From the NCBI GenBank assembly GCA_041648895.1, contig JBAZOB010000002.1, positions 826 through 64,825 on the forward strand: a stretch of 64,000 bases of DNA, written 5' to 3'. This DNA comes from Patescibacteria group bacterium. Its GTDB lineage: Bacteria; Patescibacteriota; JAHJAL01. Below, one piece after another: positions 28,176-38,694 of the stretch. The position numbers and the translations under genes were made by a program. The stretch's first letter is position 1. Every line of letters begins with the position of its first letter. The notes under the pieces were generated by a model. The model was given only the letters and a program-made list of their open reading frames with translations, ran no database searches and had not been told where the DNA came from.

Positions 28176-28769
28176 CTAATTTTCCACGTTCTTTACCTGA
28201 GTGGCTGTTTTCTTACTCCAATCGGGATCGGGCAAAATCACCATCTGCCATTGCCGCCCCAGTTTTTTGGCGGGAGTTTCCACCTTGGCCATGCCATCCA
28301 GACGATTATAATAGGTATCCATCATCTCTTTGGCCGCGTCATATTGCACCACTTCCCGCCCCTTCAAGCGCAGCGTTATCTTGACCTTATGCTTTTTCTC
28401 CAAAAACTCTTTTGTCTTTCTTATCTTTATTAATAAATCATTTTCACTAATATTGAGCGATAACCTGATTTCCTTCAAATCCTGCCCCTTATTCCTTGCC
28501 CGCTGTTTGCGTTGCTGTTTTTCCATCTCATACTTATATTTCCCAAAATCCATAATCTTGCACACCGGTGGCCGTTCCTTCGGCGCCACCTCTACCAGAT
28601 CCAATTCCGCCGCTCTCGCTCTCTGCAAGGCTTCTTCCCGACTCACCTTACCAATCGGACCATCCTCATCCACCAGAAAAACTTCCGGCATGGTAATCCT
28701 CTCATTGATCCTCACCTTGATCTTCGGCTGAAAACTCGGCCTTCTACCCCCAAAACGTCTTTTACCCAA
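28176..28769 (-). CDS. infC: Translation initiation factor IF-3 (UUG start)
   Basis: RINERI, LDLVEVAP, PPVCKIMDFGKYKYE; AAGGA 7 nt before TTG. Confidence 0.95.
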   Translation of the reverse strand: MGKRRFGGRRPSFQPKIKVRINERITMPEVFLVDEDGPIGKVSREEALQRARAAELDLVEVAPKERPPVCKIMDFGKYKYEMEKQQRKQRARNKGQDLKEIRLSLNISENDLLIKIRKTKEFLEKKHKVKITLRLKGREVVQYDAAKEMMDTYYNRLDGMAKVETPAKKLGRQWQMVILPDPDWSKKTATQVKNVEN

Positions 28770-28864
28770 AAGAAAATCCTTTTATTATTTAATATCTAAA
28801 TCGAATACCTACATTATATCGAATATCATATCTATTGAGCAAGCCCCCGCCATAATTAAACAAG

Positions 28865-28895
28865 AAAAAAGCCAGGTACTTTTTGTACCTGGCTT
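28865..28895 (-). terminator. Intrinsic terminator
   Basis: GCCAGGTAC/GTACCTGGC stem with T6 on the minus strand. Confidence 0.75.
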
Positions 28896-28914
28896 AAAAA
28901 AACCAGCTAAAAAA

Positions 28915-29259
28915 TTAAAAACTTTTACCACAGTGGGGGCATGTAACCCCGACCAGACTAGCCACCCTATTGGTGACTTTTTTTATTAGGCCATCTTTTT
29001 TAATAATACTCTTCGCTATCTTTTCCCCGACTTTCTTGCGACTGTCGGGACAAGATTTGAAGAAATCATCAAAAAGCGGCCTTAACTTCTTGGCCAAACT
29101 ATTATCGATATTAATGTCTTTGAAAGCGATAACTGCTTCCTCGGACATAAATTCTTTAACAGTTTCACTGTGGCTATGGGTTATCGATTTCTCGAACCCC
29201 TTGTAGATTCTTTTCAGCTGGTAGTCGATCGTCTTCAGGACGATAATGTCGTCCGACAT
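28915..29259 (-). CDS. Hypothetical protein ending in CPHCG
   Basis: G-rich RBS; C-terminal VTCPHCGKSF. Confidence 0.65.
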   Translation of the reverse strand: MSDDIIVLKTIDYQLKRIYKGFEKSITHSHSETVKEFMSEEAVIAFKDINIDNSLAKKLRPLFDDFFKSCPDSRKKVGEKIAKSIIKKDGLIKKVTNRVASLVGVTCPHCGKSF

Positions 29260-29389
29260 ACGATCGCCCCCTTTCTTTTTATTTAGGAAAAATAATTTCC
29301 CACCTCAGCCAGAAACAAATCTTATTCTATTAAAAGTTTCTTTCCAAGGAGGGAAATCAATTCCCTCAAGAAAATTAATTTTAAATGTA

Positions 29390-32068
29390 TTATGGTCCGG
29401 GATTCACTGGGGGAGCACCGCCGGGGTTAACTGGAGGGGCGCCACCTGGATTTACGGGCGGAGCACCAGCCGGTCCGTAGGCGCCGCCTAGATTAACAGG
29501 AGGCGCGCCAGCTGGCTGTCGTCTTCGATTCCACCAATTTCTGATTCCACCAATAGCTCTGCCGCCCAATCCAATCGCGCCACCAATTACTGGAATAACA
29601 ACATATCTACCAGCCAATAACCCACCACCAACTTTTAAACCTGTATTTACCACCTCATTATAATTTACATAATTCGTCAAGGGAGCATTATCGCCAATCG
29701 GTTTATCCGGATTCCACAACCACCCCCACCAACTTTCCGGTGCTGGTGATCTGGCTGGAATTGTCGATTGTGCTTTTGCCGCCAACTCTTTTGCAATATC
29801 AACTCTTCTTTCCACATCGGGGATTAACTTACCATCGGTATCTGTCAATCCGTATGAATCTTTCAGACGGTCAATAGAGTCCTGGTCGAGGCCGGCATGA
29901 TGCAGTGCTTCATCGAGATTAACATTATGATGATCAAGTGCCATCATGGCAGCTTTCATCTTGCTTATGTCTTCTGATTGAGCGAATTTTACTACTTTAG
30001 CTAAATCAGATTTTGAAATACCGGTTAGACTCGGTTGTTTTAATGAACTATATTCGCCACTGAACGTATTGTCATAATCAAAATGAGTTGCATCAGCAGA
30101 TTTATTAATCACTTCTTTGGTAAATTGTTCAAGATGAGAAATATCATCCTGATTTTTCAAAATATTAGCCACATGCTGAATGCGAGCCCAGTTTTCTGGT
30201 TTACTGGCATCAAATAAACAATTGCGATCCAAGCCCTTATCAAGACACTGTTTATAAAATACTTGTATATTTTGTCCTTCCAGATGAAAAGTGTGGGGAT
30301 TATCTTGCCACGCCTTAATGATTTCCGGATGTAATGGGATCTCTTGTTGGATTTTTGCCAACTCATCTTTGTAGGCTTGTAGTGTCTCGGCGGAAGTATC
30401 CTTAACGCCATAATCATGACTTGCTACACTTTTTGAATCCGGTGCCATATCGTGATGCCGTAGATCATTATGGTCAACAACATTTGCGTCATGATTTTTG
30501 GTTAATTCCGCATATTTGTCAGCGTCATCAAACTTGTAGTTATCACTGAAATAATGATTATTGTTATCTAAATCAAATTTAGATTGTTTATAATCTGCAA
30601 ACAAACTGTCGTCGTCAGCACTAAATTTATTCGAATATTCTGATTTATCTAATTTGCTCCACCAATCAGCTGCATCTTGATGATTATTCGGATCAACTGG
30701 AGCTCCAAAGCCATGCTCTAGATTATCCGGTACCCCCATTCCTATACCATGGCCATTACCAAAAGTTCCGGACAAATCATTACTCTGATCAACATTGGAG
30801 ACGAAAAACCCTTGATTATGAGGTGAATGAATCACGTTGTGAGCTAAACGCTTTGAAGAATCAACAACGGGAGTGTTATCATTTACATCATTAGCTGAGG
30901 CCATATGGTGACTAGCTGCCAACTCAAACATGCCACCAATAAATCCACCAATAGCAGCGCTTTTCCCCATAGTTTTTAAATGATCCCACGTCGCCTTGCT
31001 TCCGGTGTTTTTAACTGCTTCGTTGTCAACAAAAGATCGATAATTAGTATCTATTTTTTTACCGAAGTTATCGACGTGACTCTGCAATTCTACCATGTAA
31101 TCCAGATCAACCTGCTTGTTTGCCACCAAGCCCCATTTACGTTTAATAAACTCTTTATTTGTTAGTACATTATGGATAGTAGCACCCAATGTCGCCAACT
31201 TTCTTTTCTTTTCTTCTGTCGAATAATTATTACTTTTTAGATAATTTTCTAATTTTGCTCGTAGATCATTGCCCGCAACATCAGGCCCAAAATCCATTTG
31301 AGCTTCAAAACGTCGATCCCACTGTTTTACTTCAAATTGCTTCGCCTGAATTTGCGCGTTAAGAGCTCCCGCACTCATACCAACTAAAACACCACCTAGA
31401 CCAACTAGATAGCCAGCTTTTCTGAGAGTATATATGGACACAACTGAACCAAGAGCCAATAATCCTTGGGCTATTTGTCTGACTCGGATAGATTCTATTT
31501 TATTCGGCCAAGTAACTGCATTTTTATATAATTCAGACGTTTCTTTATTCACCGTTACCAATGCTTCTAGTCTCGGATCATTATATTTAATATCTCGTCC
31601 TTCATTCTTCTCAGCCAAAATTCGCCCAACCATACGAGCAATCTTGCCATCATCGACTGCGATTTTATCTTTGTTCTCAAGCTCGGCCAAGGACCTTTCT
31701 TTTAGTTCATCATGTTTACCCAATTTGAAAGCAATTTTATCCCAAAGATTTCTTACGCCATTTCGAACCCTACCCAGAAGACCAATTATTTCACCTTTTT
31801 TATATCGTTTATCACTATCATGCTTGATAACGGTCGAAGCCATCTCGTTCATTAGCTCGCTTCGTAAGTATTTACACTCATTAAATACTCTTTCCTCATT
31901 GGCTGGGGTATTTACCCCATTCTCATCTAAGATGGTACTAATTCTGTCTTTTAATTTTTTATCAGCAGTGTCAAACGACATTCGCTCGCTATATTTCTCT
32001 TTTCTTTCGCTAGCTGCACTGATTCCTCTAGTGTTAGTGACATCTTTTTCAATTATGAGTGTGCTCAT
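29390..32068 (-). CDS. Large hypothetical protein with three Gly-rich hydrophobic segments, Asp/His-rich middle and GAPPVNPG tail
   Basis: 892 aa; no obvious signal peptide; terminal repeats at 29393-29520. Confidence 0.85.
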   Translation of the reverse strand: MSTLIIEKDVTNTRGISAASERKEKYSERMSFDTADKKLKDRISTILDENGVNTPANEERVFNECKYLRSELMNEMASTVIKHDSDKRYKKGEIIGLLGRVRNGVRNLWDKIAFKLGKHDELKERSLAELENKDKIAVDDGKIARMVGRILAEKNEGRDIKYNDPRLEALVTVNKETSELYKNAVTWPNKIESIRVRQIAQGLLALGSVVSIYTLRKAGYLVGLGGVLVGMSAGALNAQIQAKQFEVKQWDRRFEAQMDFGPDVAGNDLRAKLENYLKSNNYSTEEKKRKLATLGATIHNVLTNKEFIKRKWGLVANKQVDLDYMVELQSHVDNFGKKIDTNYRSFVDNEAVKNTGSKATWDHLKTMGKSAAIGGFIGGMFELAASHHMASANDVNDNTPVVDSSKRLAHNVIHSPHNQGFFVSNVDQSNDLSGTFGNGHGIGMGVPDNLEHGFGAPVDPNNHQDAADWWSKLDKSEYSNKFSADDDSLFADYKQSKFDLDNNNHYFSDNYKFDDADKYAELTKNHDANVVDHNDLRHHDMAPDSKSVASHDYGVKDTSAETLQAYKDELAKIQQEIPLHPEIIKAWQDNPHTFHLEGQNIQVFYKQCLDKGLDRNCLFDASKPENWARIQHVANILKNQDDISHLEQFTKEVINKSADATHFDYDNTFSGEYSSLKQPSLTGISKSDLAKVVKFAQSEDISKMKAAMMALDHHNVNLDEALHHAGLDQDSIDRLKDSYGLTDTDGKLIPDVERRVDIAKELAAKAQSTIPARSPAPESWWGWLWNPDKPIGDNAPLTNYVNYNEVVNTGLKVGGGLLAGRYVVIPVIGGAIGLGGRAIGGIRNWWNRRRQPAGAPPVNLGGAYGPAGAPPVNPGGAPPVNPGGAPPVNPGP

Positions 32069-32201
32069 AACTAATCTCCAAAATTAAACTATACAATTTA
32101 TGAGGGATAAATAAATTTCTAATAAAACTATAACATTAAAGCATAAAAAGTAAAGGATTTCGTTTCCAAAACCCTCCTTTCTGCATGTTTTAAATCAATT
32201 A

Positions 32202-32537
32202 TTATTTTGTCTGATCTTCAATGGCGCCATCAATTCTTTGCATGTCGGCCATAATTTCTTTTTTACTATCTGTCATACTCGCCTGCAAAACATTGACAAA
32301 ATCTGGCATTACTTCAGCAATATAGTTAAGAATATCCATCATGTCTACCTTGTTCTCAATTTTTTCCGCTACCATCTTTTGCTGTTCTTCATTTAGATTA
32401 TTCATCACATCATGAAATAATTTCTGTTCGATCCTCTCTGTTAAACTTTGTTTGAGCTCATTCTTTTGCTCATCGGGTAAATTGGAAAACCCCAAGTCAG
32501 CAATAAGTTCATTAATAAATTGTTCTTGATTGTTCAT
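32202..32537 (-). CDS. DUF5663-like small acidic helical protein
   Basis: LGFSNLPDEQKNEL...L.ERI; paralog of 38695-39024; family call from recall. Confidence 0.7.
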   Translation of the reverse strand: MNNQEQFINELIADLGFSNLPDEQKNELKQSLTERIEQKLFHDVMNNLNEEQQKMVAEKIENKVDMMDILNYIAEVMPDFVNVLQASMTDSKKEIMADMQRIDGAIEDQTK

Positions 32538-32619
32538 TTTTATTTATTCTTAATTATTATAAATATATTTAGATCACAAATTAGACTAAACCATATCATA
32601 TATTGTTCAATAAGTCAAT

Positions 32620-32654
32620 AAGAAAGAAACAACTATATCAGTTGTTTCTTTCTT
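32620..32654. terminator. Terminator-like hairpin after the GT2-TPR gene
   Basis: AAGAAAGAAACAACT/AGTTGTTTCTTTCTT. Confidence 0.7.
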
Positions 32655-32673
32655 TTATATGAGTATTCTTATT

Positions 32674-34503
32674 CTATATTTTTTTTAGTAACTCCCTTGC
32701 TTCGCTATTATTATCATCCATTTTTAGTGCCTCATTGAGCTCTTTTTTCGCTTCATCATTCCTGCCGTTCTCTATTAAAACTCGTCCCAAAAAAGTTCTA
32801 ACCCAGGTATTATTTGGTTCAAGATTTTTACATCTTTGAGCAGATTTTAAAGTATTCTTAGTATCACCAAGCTGCATAAAGGCGTGACCCTTATCGTACT
32901 CAGCCCACATCATATTTGGATCAATTATTATTGCTTTATCCAAAAATTCTAAAGCTAATCTTGATTTACCCTCTTTCAAATATTGAGAACCTTCATCTTT
33001 ATATCGATTAACATCTGATTTGAGAAATTTTACCTCGTCTAAATTAGGATTATTGCTATTTACATCTCGGTAGTATTTCATCGCCTCATCATAATCACCG
33101 ATACGAGTTAATATCTCAGCCATAGTAATTTTCACATATGGATTATTCGGAATTTGGTGCAAAGCCGCTTTTTGGAATTCCAATGCATCATCATATTTCA
33201 TCGTTTTTAGTAAAATTGTTGCTGAATCAGCCAACAACCATGGTTCGCCTGGATTCTCTTGACGCGCTTTCATAATATATTTTTCGGCGACTGCATAAAA
33301 ACTCGATTTCAACATTTTAATTGCTTTAGCATGATTACCGGGCTGTATAGTGGGTCTTACCTCAAGGCCAACTTTCCAAGAATGAGCATCTATTTTTGTC
33401 TCAACTTGCGACATATCAATGATGGTTCTATGTTTTCGTGTACTATTAAGATTACTATGCAATGTTTCCACGTTTTTCTGTCTTTTTTTCTCGTCTATTC
33501 TTGTTTCGTGGCTAATGTGATGACAAAAAGCTGAAGGACATGGAACAATGTAGTTTCCCAAGCTCAAAAGTTGCGCAGCCAAAATATCATCTTCAGCTCC
33601 CCAGCCCTTGATTCTTTCGTCATATCCCACCCCAATCTTGATCAAATCTTCTTTTTTGGCAGCAATATTTAATCCCCAGAAAAAGCTATAAGGACCCCAT
33701 TCCCCATGATCAATCCATATATCTTTAGTTTGGCCAAATCTTTTCAAATAATCATAATCAGATAAATGATCATAACACCATCTACCATCTTGTTCTAAAT
33801 CATACGGTAAATTAGGTAAATTACCCTTCAAATTCTCCAAAGAAATTTTTGGATCATCCATTTCAATATGGCCGCGTGCGCCAAACATAATAATATTATC
33901 AAGCTTCTCAAACCTCTTAGCATATTCCTCAATACTATTTGGATTAAGCACCACATCTGGATCATGAAAAATAATATGGCTATTCTTGGCCATATTAACA
34001 CCAGTATATCTGGCTTTTATTGGACCACCATTTTCTTGGCGGCACACTTTAATATTTAAATTTTTAACTAAGCCCTTATCAAATAATTCTTGCACTGCAT
34101 CAGATATATGACTCTCGCCCCTTGTTGATCCATCATCAACTACAACAACTTCCAATCTATCGTTATATTTGTTATTAAACGTGCTCGCTTCGATAGATGA
34201 TAAACATTTTTGTAATCTTTCACCATTGTTATATGCAGGAATAACAATACTTATAGTAGTATTTTTTATTTCGACATTGGTCTCAAAAGATTGATATGGA
34301 TCTTCGGCTAATTTCGATCCAGTTTCCTTTTCATAGTATTTATCCAACTCGTCATAGTTATTACCAAGCTTTTCCAAAATTTCTTTTACTGATTTACCCT
34401 CCAAAGTCATTTGGTCGGCAGTCTTCCGTCTTTCTCGTATTAACTTTTCAATATTATCTGGTAATTTTTTATTTTCCTTTGTCTCATTATTTTCAATATT
34501 CAT
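32674..34503 (-). CDS. GT2-family glycosyltransferase with C-terminal TPR repeats
   Basis: SIVIPAYN, VVVDDGS, DPD, GWGAEDD (GT7C-like), TPR helices ending in (D/N)P. Confidence 0.88.
   Translation of the reverse strand: MNIENNETKENKKLPDNIEKLIRERRKTADQMTLEGKSVKEILEKLGNNYDELDKYYEKETGSKLAEDPYQSFETNVEIKNTTISIVIPAYNNGERLQKCLSSIEASTFNNKYNDRLEVVVVDDGSTRGESHISDAVQELFDKGLVKNLNIKVCRQENGGPIKARYTGVNMAKNSHIIFHDPDVVLNPNSIEEYAKRFEKLDNIIMFGARGHIEMDDPKISLENLKGNLPNLPYDLEQDGRWCYDHLSDYDYLKRFGQTKDIWIDHGEWGPYSFFWGLNIAAKKEDLIKIGVGYDERIKGWGAEDDILAAQLLSLGNYIVPCPSAFCHHISHETRIDEKKRQKNVETLHSNLNSTRKHRTIIDMSQVETKIDAHSWKVGLEVRPTIQPGNHAKAIKMLKSSFYAVAEKYIMKARQENPGEPWLLADSATILLKTMKYDDALEFQKAALHQIPNNPYVKITMAEILTRIGDYDEAMKYYRDVNSNNPNLDEVKFLKSDVNRYKDEGSQYLKEGKSRLALEFLDKAIIIDPNMMWAEYDKGHAFMQLGDTKNTLKSAQRCKNLEPNNTWVRTFLGRVLIENGRNDEAKKELNEALKMDDNNSEARELLKKI
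32786..32927. repeat. 142-bp near-identical direct repeat shared by the two TPR genes (second copy 35553-35694)
   Basis: Manual alignment: 4 mismatches in 142 nt. Confidence 0.9.
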
Positions 34504-34549
34504 ATTTCCAAGATTAAGTTCTTACGCATTTTACTTAAAATATTTAACA

Positions 34550-36133
34550 TCATCTTTGAACATCCGAAATAATTTTCATATCGCGCGCCAAGATTAATGA
34601 TGCCGCATGATTCTCATGATAAAACTTTTCCACTTCATAATTATATTCTAGCCCATACTGCTTTGCCATTTTAGACCAATCGGAGCGATTGAGATAATCA
34701 GCTGGGTCAAATTTGTCAGGAAATACTGTTATAAGATTTGCACAATAATTAGCTAATAGATGCCATTTACCGTGATCAGTTGGCAAAACATTATAACCCA
34801 TATTCCGTAATTGATCATTTCTCTCTATGTATCTGTCATAATCTTCAGCAGTCTTTTTAAAACCATGCAATGTTTTAATAATTTCTACCCAATCTTTGTC
34901 GGTAATAACAGAAGCATATTCTTTAAATTTATCCTCTGATACTGTTTTTAAATCTCTTAAGTCGCCGACAAGAAAATCATATTTTTCCCGCCTTTTCCAG
35001 TCCTCAATATCTCTTTTATATCTTTGCCAATCTAGATCTTCGATAGATTTTCTTATCAATTTAGATTTAGAAAACTTATCAGGAAATACCTGTTTTAAAC
35101 TGGCCAAGCTATATAAGTAATTACCTGGTTCCCCTTCCTTCCTCCACCCCAACGTATCTTCAAAAGAATAAAATATTTTTTCATTGATGTTTATTGCAGA
35201 AAATTTTTCTGAGCCTAACAGCACTTTAAGTTTAGGTAATTCAAAAGAAACATCATCCCATTCACAATTCTCTCTACCTAATATCTCAAACGTCTTTTTA
35301 AAATCTCTATTTATCTCTTCTACTTCATACGAAAACGGGAAAATTGGCCCCTCATTCAGATCTTCCCGGCTTGCCCTTCCACTCGACATTGATTTATGCT
35401 CAACCAAATTAAAAGTAGAATCCGAATTATTTTTTTCTTCTATTAAAGATCCAAATAAATCTTTTGCTTCTTTATTGTTGGCATCAATATTCATTGCAGC
35501 CTCTAATTCTTCTCTAGCTTCAGTCATCTTTCCATTCATTATCAAAGCCTTGCCCAAAAAAGTTCTAACCCAGGTATTATTTGGTTCAAGATTTTTACAT
35601 CTTTGAGCAGATTTTAATGCATTCTTAGTATCACCCAGCTGCATAAAGGCGTGACCCTTATCATACTCAGCCCACATCATATTTGGATCAATTACTAATG
35701 TTTTATCAAGATCATCAAGAGCTTTTTGCAATTTTCCCTCTTTTAAATATTTTGTACCCTGATCCTTATAATGATTGGATTGTTCATCAAGAAACTGCAA
35801 TTCTGATAAATTATGATTCAGCTCTCTAGCTGCATCATAATATTGTTTTGCTTGATCATATTGACCCATTCTGGCCAATATATCGCCCATACCAATTTTT
35901 ACATATGGATTATCAGGCATCATTTTCTCTGCTGATCCCTGAAGTTTTTTTGCTTCCTCATATCTAGATCTTTTAAGATATATAGATGCCATATCGTTCA
36001 TTATCCAAGGATCATCTGGATTGTAATGTAATGCTCTTTCTATTAATTTTTCTGCTTCTTTATAGTTCTCTTTTTTCAGCATTTTAACTGCTTCAGAATG
36101 ATTATCAATATTTGTTTTTGTTTCGATGTTCAT
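34550..36133 (-). CDS. N-terminal TPR protein with unknown helical C-terminal domain
   Basis: TPR block homologous to the C-terminus of 32674-34503. Confidence 0.85.
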   Translation of the reverse strand: MNIETKTNIDNHSEAVKMLKKENYKEAEKLIERALHYNPDDPWIMNDMASIYLKRSRYEEAKKLQGSAEKMMPDNPYVKIGMGDILARMGQYDQAKQYYDAARELNHNLSELQFLDEQSNHYKDQGTKYLKEGKLQKALDDLDKTLVIDPNMMWAEYDKGHAFMQLGDTKNALKSAQRCKNLEPNNTWVRTFLGKALIMNGKMTEAREELEAAMNIDANNKEAKDLFGSLIEEKNNSDSTFNLVEHKSMSSGRASREDLNEGPIFPFSYEVEEINRDFKKTFEILGRENCEWDDVSFELPKLKVLLGSEKFSAININEKIFYSFEDTLGWRKEGEPGNYLYSLASLKQVFPDKFSKSKLIRKSIEDLDWQRYKRDIEDWKRREKYDFLVGDLRDLKTVSEDKFKEYASVITDKDWVEIIKTLHGFKKTAEDYDRYIERNDQLRNMGYNVLPTDHGKWHLLANYCANLITVFPDKFDPADYLNRSDWSKMAKQYGLEYNYEVEKFYHENHAASLILARDMKIISDVQR

Positions 36134-36162
36134 TATATTTAATTATTTTATTAGAAATATCT

Positions 36163-38691
36163 TCATTTAATATTTAATAAACCTTTCTCTAATCTAGACA
36201 TATCAGTAAAAGTAATTTTACTTTGAGGTGGATTAGTTTTAAACATTCGTTCCCCATAAGCATTTTTCTCTAAATCACCGGCAACATAATTAATGTCATA
36301 TTTTACTCCCCACAATCCCAACGCCCGGCTTAAAACAGCTTTCGTGTCCTCAATAGTTTGTTTCCCGATATCCCTATCTTCGGTTAATAACTCAGTCACT
36401 AAATCATCTTCATATCCGACCCCTGACTCCCGACGTCGTATAACCTTAGGATGTTGATCATATAGACGCCAAAATCTTTGTGACATGTATACATTAAATA
36501 ATGCCGTTGCTTCTTGTTCTAATTTGTCTTTAAACTCTGGTGAGCCAACTTTTAGATCCTTGATCTTCTCTGGTGTTTGCTTTTGCGACATTATATCTTC
36601 CACATACCAACTATCATATTGTCGAGCAAGCGGTATGCCATTTTCAGCCGCATATATATCTCGACGATTATTTGTTGTGACTTTGATGGTATTGTCAAAT
36701 TTTACGGCTTCGTTCCCACGATATGCATTCTCTACAGCATATGAAAGCCGAATATCCTCAGCTATTTCATCTCTGGCATTGTAACCATTGGCCTTGGCAT
36801 AACCTTCAGCGGTCAATGTAGTATTCGGACCACCTGCTTTAGGTAAATAGGCAAAGTATTTATCCCTTTTAGCAATAATATCAACGTACTGCCATAATCT
36901 CCTTGCTGCAACTAGATATGGATACTTCTTAATTTCATCAGAAATATAATCCATTTTTGAAATCAACATTTTGGTATCTCGATTTTTCTCGTAATTATTG
37001 ATAACTTTTTCAAAAAATCTTTCATCAATATCCTGTAAATCTGCATCTGCACTAGCTACTATTAAGTCATGTCTTTGTTTTTTTCGCGCCAGACTTCTCA
37101 TTAATGTAACATCAGTAATCATCTTTCTGAGAAGACCCATATTTTGTTTACTACCAAACTCCTTACTAATGACATTGATTTTTACACCTGGATACTGCTT
37201 TTGAAAATTATCTAACTCCTTCACAGATTTCTCAATATTTTTGTCTGTATCGCCATAAGCATTTACAAAAACATTAATCTCGAAATTTTCGGCGGCAATG
37301 TATCCGCCACCATATTTTTGATTAATGTATTTTTCCAAGGTTTTTTTATATGTTTCCGGTTTTTCTTTAGCGTAAATGGGCAGGCATACAACCACTTTAC
37401 AATTTTCATCCATTGCAGGCAGACTCTCGGTATATTTTTTAATCTCATCAATATATGCTTTGTCAGTTGTCTCTAAATCTTTAAAATATCTCTTCAGTTG
37501 TATTCTTTCCTCTTTTATCCTTTCATTGGCATCGGTGAATTCTTTTACTTTTTCGATCTTTGCACTCGGGCTAGCGTCCGGCCCATAAGGCCTTCCTCGA
37601 TCTGGCCCATATCCTGGTCCATAACCAGGTCCATATCCCGGTCCTGTTCTAATTGGAGTCCACGCGTCACCCTTTTTTGTTGGCCACATTGAATCCACGG
37701 CTCTACCAGTTAAATAGGCAAGAGCAGAACCTAGACCAACTTTTTCAAAGAAACCAAGCCCGCTACCCAATACATGTGTGTTACCATATATAGCATTTTG
37801 TAAGACAGTAAGGTTACCAGCGGCCGGACCAAATGCCCTAGCCACTTTATCGGCTGTCTGTATGGCGTGGCTAGCCTCGCCAGGATTATAAACAAATTCC
37901 GCACCAGTTGCTTTCCAAATAACTTTATGATGATGATCTAAAAATCCGAGAGGATGTTTTTCAGTAATTGGGGTTAGCCCCTTGTCATAATCTTGAATAC
38001 CCAAAGATACTCCGCCCAGTAACCCAACTCCCAAAGTAGCCGCAGTTGAACCAATGGTCCGGCCTAATTTCCAGCGCCGCTCACTAGTCATATTTCTATT
38101 CTGAGTCTCGATTACCTCGGTTTCCTTACTGTGTAAGCGATTAAGTGCTTGTTGAAATTGGTTATAATTACGACTTCTCGCGGCCGTCTTTAACTCATCA
38201 GCTATAGTTGTTAATTCAGTTTGTACCCGCCATTCCAACTGAGCCCTATTTCGCCCCCAATGTAATTGTTCTGCTGCCTCCATTAAACCATCGAAACCTT
38301 CTCTCAAACCAGCCATTGATAGTGATGGGGTTAAAATTGTTCCTATCCCCCCGCCAAAAGTTAAACCAGCAAAAACACCAAAACCACCAATTGTTTTAAT
38401 GCCAATTTTTAACCACTTTCGCCAACGAGTAGTATCATAACGACCAGCCTCATCAAGAGTTTGGGCTGTTCTTCGTTCGCCTTCGCGATTCAACCACGCC
38501 TTGGCACGACTAAATAAACCAGAACCATATCTATCTATGGATCTTTGATGATCTCGTTGAGCCAAATTATTTATCGCATCGAGAGCTCTTTGCTCTAATG
38601 TATCTGGTGGACGGTCCGGTCCATAGGCTGGTCCGTAACTTGGTCTGTGCTCTGGTCCATAACTAGGACCATAACTTGGTCTTGACATCAT
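36163..38691 (-). CDS. Large protein: YGP repeats, three Gly-rich hydrophobic segments, C-terminal GT-A-fold glycosyltransferase
   Basis: xYGP repeats at the N-terminus and near aa 350; VCLPIY, SADADL (DxD), GPN, AEDIRL. Confidence 0.8.
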   Translation of the reverse strand: MMSRPSYGPSYGPEHRPSYGPAYGPDRPPDTLEQRALDAINNLAQRDHQRSIDRYGSGLFSRAKAWLNREGERRTAQTLDEAGRYDTTRWRKWLKIGIKTIGGFGVFAGLTFGGGIGTILTPSLSMAGLREGFDGLMEAAEQLHWGRNRAQLEWRVQTELTTIADELKTAARSRNYNQFQQALNRLHSKETEVIETQNRNMTSERRWKLGRTIGSTAATLGVGLLGGVSLGIQDYDKGLTPITEKHPLGFLDHHHKVIWKATGAEFVYNPGEASHAIQTADKVARAFGPAAGNLTVLQNAIYGNTHVLGSGLGFFEKVGLGSALAYLTGRAVDSMWPTKKGDAWTPIRTGPGYGPGYGPGYGPDRGRPYGPDASPSAKIEKVKEFTDANERIKEERIQLKRYFKDLETTDKAYIDEIKKYTESLPAMDENCKVVVCLPIYAKEKPETYKKTLEKYINQKYGGGYIAAENFEINVFVNAYGDTDKNIEKSVKELDNFQKQYPGVKINVISKEFGSKQNMGLLRKMITDVTLMRSLARKKQRHDLIVASADADLQDIDERFFEKVINNYEKNRDTKMLISKMDYISDEIKKYPYLVAARRLWQYVDIIAKRDKYFAYLPKAGGPNTTLTAEGYAKANGYNARDEIAEDIRLSYAVENAYRGNEAVKFDNTIKVTTNNRRDIYAAENGIPLARQYDSWYVEDIMSQKQTPEKIKDLKVGSPEFKDKLEQEATALFNVYMSQRFWRLYDQHPKVIRRRESGVGYEDDLVTELLTEDRDIGKQTIEDTKAVLSRALGLWGVKYDINYVAGDLEKNAYGERMFKTNPPQSKITFTDMSRLEKGLLNIK

Positions 38692-38694
38692 TTT

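Noticed and set aside
32786-35694. Diversity-generating retroelement TR/VR pair
   Set aside because: The four mismatches are not adenine-specific, both copies are coding, and no reverse transcriptase is in the window.
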